Shown piece by piece: positions 8,799 to 19,200 of a stretch of DNA of 64,000 nucleotides. The position numbers were made by a program, and so were the translations under genes. The stretch covers positions 32,001 through 96,000 of IMG/VR virus record IMGVR_UViG_3300021513_000001. One strand, 5' to 3'. This DNA is from a virus. The notes below the pieces were generated by a model. The model worked only from the letters and a program-made list of their open reading frames with translations, did no database searches and had not been told where the DNA came from. Position 1 is the first letter of the stretch; each line of letters starts with the position of its first letter.

Positions 8799-11700
8799 CT
8801 AAACTAACAAAGACGAACCATAAACTTCATTTACAGATAATTTTCCATTTAAATATACAGTTATATTTGTGATAATATTTGTTTCATTATTCTTTATATT
8901 TAAAACTATAGTTCCTTTTAATATCTTTTCCAACACATCCTTATTAACATTAAAATAAAATATAGATTTTTTATCATAACAAGTACCTATTAGATTATAA
9001 TTAAATACTAAAGAACCCTCTCCTATATTACCAAAAGAATCATAATAACTATGACTTACATTATATTCCGTAGCAACTACTGTTATTGATGTAACTTTTT
9101 TTCCAGACAAGTTGGAATAATCACACCTTATCACTATATTTGAAAATACAACAGCCTGTAACATATTTGGATTAACTAAAATCTTCATATCTAAACTATT
9201 TCCAAAAGATAAACTACACGCTATTGTCTTTAAAACAGACAAATATGAAGGGTTATCGTAACTATAAATTGTTGATTCAGGATTTAAACTTGTAACCATA
9301 TTATTACCAAAAACTTTCCTCCCGCAAAAATCAAAACCAACATACCTTGAAAGATTTGATACTCTAAAATTATAACCAGTAGTATCAAAATCACCATAAT
9401 ATCCACAAAAATAAACTACTCTTCCGCTAAAATTATTACCTATTGGATAAAAATGATAAGGCAAACTTTTTGTAAAATTTGTATCATATACAAACACCTG
9501 CTTATTAATACGTAAAACAGTTTCAGGATTTCCTATTGACACAGCTATATATATATAATTATTAAAAAACTCTGATATACTATCTGTTATTATATGATCA
9601 TTATCTCTCATTACAACATACAAATATTTATCTTTAACATCTATATTAATCCACGGAAATAAATCTATTATTTTTGTATCATCATAAGTTAAATAAACAA
9701 GTATTTCTATATTAAAAATATCATAATTAACATTATCAAAAATATTATTATTTAAAGTTAAAACATGCGAAATATCTAAATTTCCATTTATAAACTGCAA
9801 TGAATGAATACAATTGTCACCAGAAAAAGAAGAATCTATTTCAAAGACATCATTATCCAAAGTTAAATTCGCAACGTTTTCAAATATTTGACTATAAAAA
9901 GCGCGACCATAAGGTATAGAATCATAAAATTGTGCTGTTACTCCATCAGAAATTGTATCACAATAAAGTTTAGATGAAAAATTAGTTAATTTAGCAACAA
10001 ACCAAGAATCCCAATCATCGTTATTTAACATTACCTCTAACCACCCACTTGTTTCAACGAATAAATTCTGAGGTGACTTCCATAGAGTATACCAAAACCC
10101 ACTATTCCCCATTTGTGCATAAGTATACCCACTATAATCTGTAAAAAATCTTATACCGCACGGAGAAATAACAAGTCTTTCTTCCATTGTATTGTTTTTA
10201 TAACCATCATAATAATATTCACACTTAATATACATATAATCATATTTAACATAATTTATAATTATATTTATATAATTTCCAGAAATAAATTTATACTTAA
10301 ATTTTATAGACCAATCTCTATTAATACTATATTCTAAAAATTCGCAAAATATAGACACATCAAATATAACATTATACGATATAGCCTTCGATTTAATTTT
10401 TTTCGTTAATCTAGAATCAAGAACAAGACCTTCTTCAGCTTGTGGTTTTATATATGACCTGTACTCCCATTTAGACACATCTATCTTACCATCCGATTCT
10501 ATAAATCTATCAGATGGAGAAACCTTAATAGGTTTGTCGCTTGAAACTACTACGTTATTAATCTTTATCCAAGGAGCACTATCACCACCACTTATCTTAT
10601 TCCAAGTATTTATTATTTCATTTTCTGTTTTAATTGTACTTGTTATACACAGCTCTTCAATACAAACTTGTTTTTTATAGTGATAGCCGGAATAATACCC
10701 AGACACTATGTTTAATCGTTCTGAATTATTTACTATTGTTAATTTATCTGTATATTTAATTCCTGCGTTTTCACCATTTATATAAAATGATACAGTGTTT
10801 GTTCCAATAACAACACAAAGATAAGTTATATCACCAATCCGTATTTGTCTATTAGCATAAATTATATTATCACCTTCCCAAGACCATTTAAAATAAGGTA
10901 TATGCTTATCACTTATACCAACACAATATGCTATATTATAAGCAGCAGTTCCCTTTGTTAAAAGAGTTCCATCAAACCCATTATCATCAAAATGTGTAAA
11001 TAAAAACTCAATTGTAAAATTATTATTTAAATTTAATACACTGCTATGCTCAATATAAAAATAACTTCTCCCCCAGCACTCTATACATTTATGAAAAATA
11101 CCATTTTCATTGTACATAACTCCATAATATCCATAATACGCATTACATATTAAATGATTAGGCCCTATGTCCTGAAGTGCTGATAAATCAAAACTAAGCA
11201 TTATAATCGAAGAAGATGCGTCAAAACAATAGTCTGAACGTTCTATCGCAGGTAAAGGTAAAGACAAATACAAAGCAACATAGCCGTAGGGATCTATAAT
11301 ATCACAATATCCAAATGTGTAATTATCTATTTTAGCAGCACTAAAAGTTATAGAATCATACCTAGGTGGAGATATATATATAGTATCAGACTCATTAACA
11401 CAATTACCATGTACATCTTTTATTTTATAAGTACCAATATATTTTTTTGTTATATTATTATATGTTTTACATGACTTATTAGCCTTAAAATAAATATATT
11501 TATATTCATAAGAACTCGTATTAAAATAAATACCAACACCTGTACTATATGCAGAATATCCGTAATAGTTAGTAATACCATGATACTCAGTTAACATTGG
11601 AAAAATATCAAATTCCATATTAACTCTTATTTGAACAGAACTATTAGATCCTTTTTCTTCAATATGAGTACCTAACAAAAAGTCTATACATTCATACAAA

Positions 11701-14700
11701 ACAGCGCCCTTTAATAATAAACCATTTCCATCACATACAAACTTACTATCATCAAAAAACAAAATAGAGTCATCTAAATAAGAAGAAGGATCATTGAAAT
11801 CTACAACAATAATATATTTAGTAGCCAATTTTGCTCCATTTAAATAAATAGAAATTGAACCACCATCAAAAACAACAGCAACAACAGCTAACCTAAAAAC
11901 ATTCGAATGGGATATTGGAACGGACATGTCTACGGCAAGCCCATATATCCTCATTATAAGATGAATCCCACAACTTAAGTCATTAGAATTAATAGTTAAT
12001 ACAAAGTCAGAAGAGTTTTTAATTTCCATAGATCCATCTAAATCTTGAACAAACAAATACATTGAAAAAGAATTTAATTTTTTGAGATCTCCATAAAAAT
12101 AGACACTATATGCATCTTCTCCTGTTATAAATTGACTACATAAATCAGACCCTATTGCACTTTGGTTATATAACGGAAAATGATTATATATAAAATTATA
12201 ATAAAAACTCAAAACTTTTACACTTTCAACATGGGATAACCCAGATATAACTCTAACTCTATTAAATTCTGGACCATATCCATAATACCCTCGTGTAGAA
12301 TATGTAGATCCATCAACCACAGTAATATAATAACCATGTAGTCTATCAAAAATACTTCTATATACTATACATTTACATAATAATGCTGTTGAATCATGGT
12401 AACTCATATGACTATAATTATATAAATCACAATTATAAAAATTAATATTAGAAGTTGTATACAAAAGTATAACATGTGATCCTCCCGATCCGCCATCCCA
12501 AGGTAAAACATAACAATTATACATATTAAACACACCAGAACCGTTACATTTTGTAGTAGTACAATTAATAACAGTTATTCCTGCACTGGCGTTATCTATA
12601 CTTATATATATATCTGTAGAATGTCCAACTCCTATAATGCATATTTGTTTATCTGTTATTACATTATAATTACCTGGATAAAAATAAACCTTATCCCCAT
12701 GTTGAACTAAACCTGAAACATTAGAAAAAGAAGTATACTTTTGGTTTTTACCTACAAGATAAATCTTATAAAGAGAGGTTGGAACAAACAAATAATCAGA
12801 AAACAAACTTATCCTATTAAATTTAGAAACCTGCTGTATACCACCTACTACTTGTTCAAAAGTTTTAACAGAAATATTATTATCTACCAAATCAGAAGAT
12901 AAACAAAAACCAGAAGACGTAAGCTCGTAACAAGCCTTGTGTGATTGTCCTACGTAACTACCTGCAACTTTATCAATAAACAAGTTTGGTGGATAAGTAT
13001 TAAACCCAACACCGGTTTTAACAAGATTATCAGTACCATCAAGCGCAGTATATTTATAACCAACAGCTATAGAAGAAAAATTAACAAAATAATCATTTGC
13101 TTCAAAACCAAACAAACACCCAGAACCAACAGCATGCGGAAAATTTTTATTATAAAATATAAGCTCAAGACCTAAACAATCAGAAGAAAAAGAATAACTA
13201 CTATATATATTTGTTCCACTACAAGCATCAACATAACCAGTTAGAGTAATAACATCTAAAAATCTAGAAACACTAAAAATGTATTCAACAGTACCAGAAA
13301 TACCAGACATGCTGGTACTTATATCTCCATATAAAGAACTTGCTATTATATTACATCCAGAAGAACTTACCCAATCTGTTTTTATATAACACTCATTTCC
13401 AGAATAATCCCTTAAATATAGTTGTGAATTAAAAGGATAATAATTAATACCAGAAACAGACAAACTAAATTTATCTTCTAACATGTACTCAGAATACACA
13501 TATAAAACATCATCTAAAGCAACATGTATACAAGTTACTCCACTCGTTGTACAAACAGCAGTTCCTCCGTAATAATAAAAAGAAGAAGGCCTTATTTCTG
13601 TTGGTACTGTTTGATCCCAATTGCTATTTACATTTAATCTTATTCTTGAACACCTTGTTGGTGGTACTATTATAGTATGTCTAATTGGCCAAGAAGTGCC
13701 AGACAAAACAGGAGAAACATAATTGTTTAATACTATATTCCAACTGCTGTCATAATAAGCCAACACATCACAAGAAATACTGAACCCGTCTTCGGGATTT
13801 ATATAATCTGACGTAATATATACATCTACAGAATCAACAAAAGAAACCTCATTAAACTGTAACCTAAAATAATCACTATCTGTTAAAACATCCCCATAAT
13901 TACAAATACGTTCAGAAATATTACCATCAAACATTTTAGTAATACTACCAAAATTTGTATAAGTATCTCCACCGTTATAAATAGGTATCCACCCAGGCTG
14001 GTTACAAATATAAACACCGTAAGGATCACAGACTAATCTCCACCTCTCTATTATAAAACCACGTTCAAAATTATCACTTATACCTAAAAAACTATAATTA
14101 TTAATATTAAATATTCCACTAATAGAGACATCTTGATATGAGCTAAAGGAACATTCTAAATCATAAAAAGCACAATCATACAAAACTATTTTATTTGACA
14201 GAACATTACTACTTATGTTATAAAATAATTCATTATAACTATCATCCAAGTTATAATATTCAGGTAATGAATAATCAAAACATTTATTAGTTAAGGTTTT
14301 TATATTTTTTTGTGCCGTAGAAATATATACTTTATCTATAAAAGCCCACGTTTCACAATCGTTCTTTATAAAATATCTCATATAATCGTAATCAGAAGTA
14401 ATAACACCAGAAGCCAACACTCCTACATTAGATCCAGATATCAAAACATAAAAACCATCAAAATAAAAATATATTGAATCATTACTATTTATGTCCAAAC
14501 CAGAAAAAGTTGTCTCACCTATATATAAAATCCCACTACTATCAACTGCCGTACTATTTATATTTGGAAATACTGGTATAGACTCAACACCAAGTAAAAC
14601 CCCAAAACTCAAAGAATTCACCCAATCAATGTTAGAAAATTCTACAACACTGGCTGGACTAATAGGATCAAACACTTTTGAATAATTACGTATATATAAA

Positions 14701-16238
14701 CCAGAATTTGTAGTAATAAAATTATCATTTATATAATTATAATTGGTAAAACTTTCTGCTACTATTTTCCTTGATAAAACTGTTATATCTGAAAAATAAG
14801 TTAAAAATGTCTTATCATTTTCACAAACAAAACAATTATAAACATCTTCTTTAAACGGCGGTCTACTGACATAAAAATAGTCAGAAGTTAAACAAACTTC
14901 ACCGCCAGCAATAGAATAACCAACATAATAATCAAAATTTGAAAAAATAATTGGAACATTGTTTATACCAGAACCTGTACCAATATAATTATAATCTTTT
15001 GGATAAAAATTATCAACACCAAACAAAACCTTATTAACTTCATGTGATTTTATAAGGGCTGTACTAGAAATAACGGATACATACTTATCCAAAATTACAT
15101 CATAAGATTCTCGTGTTGGATACTTGTCTTCATATAAAGCAAACGAATCTATAATTAAAGTATTATTTGTTATTATATTTAAATATCCACCAGAAATTGT
15201 AACACAATCACAATCAACATAAATATCCTCGCCGTTTAATATAATCCCAAACTTATTATCTTTATAATAACACCTCATAAAATAATAATTATTTATTGAA
15301 GAAACCGTACCACTAACCGTTATTACGCCGCTTGTTGTTACAATTCTACCATAAAAAATCTCATTAACTGCGTCGATTTCTGTCCATATATTAGGGTTAC
15401 TCATAATAAAACTAAAACCATCAAATATTGCCCCATCAGAAATACTAAAAGGAATAGAATTACCAACAGCCCTAAAAGCAATATCAAAAACAAAACCACC
15501 ACATTGTGTTAATATATTACTAGCTTTAGATTTTAAATATCCTAAATCAGATTCTTGTGCTGTTATACAATAAGCATCTCCATAAATATCATCTATAACC
15601 TTACCAGTACCTTCTAAAATCATCGGAATAAAACATTCGGAATTAATATTTATATTTTCAAAGTTACCATATATAAAAAAATTATAAGGTAAAAAATAAC
15701 TATCAGTTATATATATTGTTTCAGAATTTATTATTAATTTACCATTATAAAATTTAAAACTAAAACCTGCTTCTTGTAAAAAACAACTATACAAAGTACT
15801 CTCGTTATTTTTTATATATAAATTACTGTCATCAACATAAACCCAAAAAGAAAATACAGGGTTATAAACATCTATAAACGTTACTTTAATTCCAAAATTA
15901 CCATTAAAACTAATTAAAACTTCTGAAGGGCCTAAAAAATTAAAAGTAGATTTATAACCAGACATTATATCTAAATTATGATTAATATCAAAATCATTAT
16001 AAAAAGTTTTATTTGAAAAAGATACACCGCTGCTTTTATATCTACCTGTTGGGAAAAGAAGATCACCAACATTCTTATAAAAACAAAAACAAGCACTACT
16101 ATTAGTATAATCTGACACTATAGATTTTTCTGTAGCAAAATCACAATTAAAATTAAAAACATCAACATAATTAATATCAGAAATATTGCTAATGTTCCCT
16201 GTATAAAAATTGTCATCTGAATATTTTATTGTATACAC
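8799..16238 (-). CDS. 2,479-aa putative virion fibre/receptor-binding protein (discoidin-like, beta-helix-like and LamG domains)
   Basis: GTG start. F5/8-type-C-like MFDGN...FRLQFNEVSFVDSV...CSRIRLNV. Pectin-lyase-like cap YTSFSNVSGLVQHGDKVYFYPGNY. LamG LNLNNNFTIEFLF...TVSFYINGE...IEELCITSTIKTENEI. Confidence 0.72.
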   Translation of the reverse strand: MYTIKYSDDNFYTGNISNISDINYVDVFNFNCDFATEKSIVSDYTNSSACFCFYKNVGDLLFPTGRYKSSGVSFSNKTFYNDFDINHNLDIMSGYKSTFNFLGPSEVLISFNGNFGIKVTFIDVYNPVFSFWVYVDDSNLYIKNNESTLYSCFLQEAGFSFKFYNGKLIINSETIYITDSYFLPYNFFIYGNFENININSECFIPMILEGTGKVIDDIYGDAYCITAQESDLGYLKSKASNILTQCGGFVFDIAFRAVGNSIPFSISDGAIFDGFSFIMSNPNIWTEIDAVNEIFYGRIVTTSGVITVSGTVSSINNYYFMRCYYKDNKFGIILNGEDIYVDCDCVTISGGYLNIITNNTLIIDSFALYEDKYPTRESYDVILDKYVSVISSTALIKSHEVNKVLFGVDNFYPKDYNYIGTGSGINNVPIIFSNFDYYVGYSIAGGEVCLTSDYFYVSRPPFKEDVYNCFVCENDKTFLTYFSDITVLSRKIVAESFTNYNYINDNFITTNSGLYIRNYSKVFDPISPASVVEFSNIDWVNSLSFGVLLGVESIPVFPNINSTAVDSSGILYIGETTFSGLDINSNDSIYFYFDGFYVLISGSNVGVLASGVITSDYDYMRYFIKNDCETWAFIDKVYISTAQKNIKTLTNKCFDYSLPEYYNLDDSYNELFYNISSNVLSNKIVLYDCAFYDLECSFSSYQDVSISGIFNINNYSFLGISDNFERGFIIERWRLVCDPYGVYICNQPGWIPIYNGGDTYTNFGSITKMFDGNISERICNYGDVLTDSDYFRLQFNEVSFVDSVDVYITSDYINPEDGFSISCDVLAYYDSSWNIVLNNYVSPVLSGTSWPIRHTIIVPPTRCSRIRLNVNSNWDQTVPTEIRPSSFYYYGGTAVCTTSGVTCIHVALDDVLYVYSEYMLEDKFSLSVSGINYYPFNSQLYLRDYSGNECYIKTDWVSSSGCNIIASSLYGDISTSMSGISGTVEYIFSVSRFLDVITLTGYVDACSGTNIYSSYSFSSDCLGLELIFYNKNFPHAVGSGCLFGFEANDYFVNFSSIAVGYKYTALDGTDNLVKTGVGFNTYPPNLFIDKVAGSYVGQSHKACYELTSSGFCLSSDLVDNNISVKTFEQVVGGIQQVSKFNRISLFSDYLFVPTSLYKIYLVGKNQKYTSFSNVSGLVQHGDKVYFYPGNYNVITDKQICIIGVGHSTDIYISIDNASAGITVINCTTTKCNGSGVFNMYNCYVLPWDGGSGGSHVILLYTTSNINFYNCDLYNYSHMSYHDSTALLCKCIVYRSIFDRLHGYYITVVDGSTYSTRGYYGYGPEFNRVRVISGLSHVESVKVLSFYYNFIYNHFPLYNQSAIGSDLCSQFITGEDAYSVYFYGDLKKLNSFSMYLFVQDLDGSMEIKNSSDFVLTINSNDLSCGIHLIMRIYGLAVDMSVPISHSNVFRLAVVAVVFDGGSISIYLNGAKLATKYIIVVDFNDPSSYLDDSILFFDDSKFVCDGNGLLLKGAVLYECIDFLLGTHIEEKGSNSSVQIRVNMEFDIFPMLTEYHGITNYYGYSAYSTGVGIYFNTSSYEYKYIYFKANKSCKTYNNITKKYIGTYKIKDVHGNCVNESDTIYISPPRYDSITFSAAKIDNYTFGYCDIIDPYGYVALYLSLPLPAIERSDYCFDASSSIIMLSFDLSALQDIGPNHLICNAYYGYYGVMYNENGIFHKCIECWGRSYFYIEHSSVLNLNNNFTIEFLFTHFDDNGFDGTLLTKGTAAYNIAYCVGISDKHIPYFKWSWEGDNIIYANRQIRIGDITYLCVVIGTNTVSFYINGENAGIKYTDKLTIVNNSERLNIVSGYYSGYHYKKQVCIEELCITSTIKTENEIINTWNKISGGDSAPWIKINNVVVSSDKPIKVSPSDRFIESDGKIDVSKWEYRSYIKPQAEEGLVLDSRLTKKIKSKAISYNVIFDVSIFCEFLEYSINRDWSIKFKYKFISGNYINIIINYVKYDYMYIKCEYYYDGYKNNTMEERLVISPCGIRFFTDYSGYTYAQMGNSGFWYTLWKSPQNLFVETSGWLEVMLNNDDWDSWFVAKLTNFSSKLYCDTISDGVTAQFYDSIPYGRAFYSQIFENVANLTLDNDVFEIDSSFSGDNCIHSLQFINGNLDISHVLTLNNNIFDNVNYDIFNIEILVYLTYDDTKIIDLFPWINIDVKDKYLYVVMRDNDHIITDSISEFFNNYIYIAVSIGNPETVLRINKQVFVYDTNFTKSLPYHFYPIGNNFSGRVVYFCGYYGDFDTTGYNFRVSNLSRYVGFDFCGRKVFGNNMVTSLNPESTIYSYDNPSYLSVLKTIACSLSFGNSLDMKILVNPNMLQAVVFSNIVIRCDYSNLSGKKVTSITVVATEYNVSHSYYDSFGNIGEGSLVFNYNLIGTCYDKKSIFYFNVNKDVLEKILKGTIVLNIKNNETNIITNITVYLNGKLSVNEVYGSSLLV

Positions 16239-16240
16239 GA

Positions 16241-19200
16241 TTATCTCACAATATCTTCAGATAAAGCAATGAGTTTTACAGAATAAATATCTTCTTGATC
16301 ATCAAGTGGTACATTTAATTTCACAAAAAAATCCTTAGCAGAATGTGGTAATATAGGCCCCACCCTAACTGGCAAACCAAAATAAATCCTATTTAATATT
16401 GGAGTAGCGTTTCTATTAGAACCGGCTTTAAAAACCGCTTTCAATTGAACATACCTTTTTCCTATAACAAACCCAGAACTTTTTGATCCTAATGGAACCC
16501 AATCAAGCAAATCAGACCACACCAAATCATTATTAGATAAATAATCCAAAGTATAATATGTTGTTTTATTTGTAGGATTATAATCAAAAAATACAACATT
16601 ACCGCTATTTATATAAGGGAGTGGATAATTAGACACTGCAATAAAACTATTCTTAGTATAAATAGATAAATTAGAATCTACAATTAAAATTACATAATCA
16701 TAAGTAATCTTATATATATCATTAACTTTATCAATTCCTGTGTCTAAAAATTCAAGCTCATATCCCGAATTTGACTCAACAAAGCGCATTCTCTTTAAAT
16801 TTCCACCTAACGTTACATAATACATCCACTCTGTGACATAATCAAATTCTATACATTTACTGAAATCGATATCATCAACTGTATAATTATAATATACACC
16901 ATCTTTATTAAGCAAAACAGAACTGTCGCTATTCTTTATAACAACACTGCCATAATAAATACTAAATATACGATAAGCGTTAATAACGTAGTCTTCTTCA
17001 CCTAACATATAATTATAGACATAAACACCTTCATCAACAGCAACCGACAATCTTTGTGCATATTTATCCCAAGAAACGTGGTTTACTGAACTATAAACAA
17101 CACTGGCCCTCATACATGGTATTCCGAGATGTTGTGGAAAACCAACAAGATATTTATCAGAAGTATAATACAAAATATAAGAACCGTTGTAAGAAAACCA
17201 GGTTTTCACTACATTTGCCAAAGTATATCCGGTTAAATCAAAGACATTTATAGGAGTAATATAATTAGTACTATTATAAACAGAACCATCGACTGTTACT
17301 TTAATTACATCATTATCATAATAGACATCACAAGACTTAGAAAGATTAACACTAAACTCGTTAAAAACTTTTCCCGTAGCCAAAGACAACTCTATAAAAG
17401 TATTAGTATTATCAATATAATAAATATGACAAAAATCAACAGGTTTATCGTTGGCGTAACGTATATAAAATTCTAAGTAAGCATCTCTTGTAAGACTATA
17501 CTCAAAATTATAAGCAATAATTCCAATTTCTCCAACATCAATAACAGGAGAAACAAAGGTTCCAACGTCATAATATTTAGTTGAAGTATCAAATACGTTA
17601 CTTCCTATATAAACTAAACCATACACTGACTGCCCAGCAACAGTATTAAGTGTTGTTTCCACAAAACAATTTTTAATTATTTGAGTCTCAAAATTATAAT
17701 CACAATTATTGTTATAATTCTTCCTCAAATTTGTAACTTGCGGTGTTGAGGTAATAACATCAAGTTTAATCATAGTATAATCAGATAAATAATATATATA
17801 ATCAGAAATATAATCATATATACTATAAACACGTTTTACACCATCATAGCGATAATCTGGTGGATTAGGTGGAATTGAAGTATTATAACTACTTTGTGGA
17901 AGTCTTGATTCATTAATCACATTATAATCCATTAAAATTCTAGCTATTAATTTCCCAGAAGCATTATAACTTATATCAAAAAATTCTTGATTAGATAAAA
18001 CCCTATTAAAACAGGTAAATTCTGTAAGCCTACCTTTACATCCATTATGATAAAAACCGGTGCTATTTTTATACGGAGACCCTGTAGTATACATAAAGTG
18101 TAATATAGAATTAGAATTATAACCAGAACATGAAGTACTAATACTAGACGATGTAATATTCTGGCCATTAATATATAAATTTATACATGTACCACTAGCA
18201 CAAGACAATGAAGCACCAAAATCTACCCAATCTCCTTTAGATACTCCAGCAGACGACATCGGATAAACTAAAGTTAAACTTGTTTCACCTTTTCTGCAGC
18301 AAGAAATAATATCATTATTATCAAAACCAACTTCAAAACCATCTTTACCTCCATTCGGACTATCAAGCACAATTGGCATATACGTATCCCTATCTGGTAT
18401 TTTAACCCTAAAATTTAAAGAAAACTCATACCCTGTTTTAAAACCAACACTACCACCAAGCCACCTAAAATTATAATATTGACTAACACTACAAGCATAT
18501 ATAGATCCTCTTTCTGGTATATCTGAATCGTCAACATTAAAATAATAACCCGTATAAAAATAATAATTATTCATTAGGTTGTTAAATCTACTATTAGTAC
18601 AGGGGTTATATATTATACAACCATAATCATATAAATCTTCCAAAGAATCAAATACATAATCAACCGAGCCAGAAGGTGTAGGAACAGTCATATCAAAAGT
18701 ATAACTTAAAGCCCTAGAGGTATACTGAGAAACAGCCAAAAATAAAAATTTATTAATAACATTATAATTTAAATCACATGTAAAAGAAGTACCTCCTAGC
18801 GATAAGTTTTCTCCAGAATTACTTTTACCAACAACAGATGAATAAGGCAAATAATATAAACTATGTATAATATCTGTATCAACATTTATATATCCAAAAA
18901 AAGAATAATACCTATCAGGAACCTCATCATAATTTTGATGTACATAGCCACCTAAACTTTCCCCAGCAATATAAATTTTTTTATCTAAATCCCAAACCGC
19001 CGATATAATAGTACAATTAGAAACACTAGAATATGTCTTTGGAGAAGAAATAGGAATCCAAGTATCTATAGATATTATATATTTATAATAATGACCTTTA
19101 TTAAAATTAATATAATAAACATAATCATAAGTTTCTACTAAAAACCCGTGTTCCACGTCAATTATATTATTTGTAACTACAGAAGATAAATTTGTATACT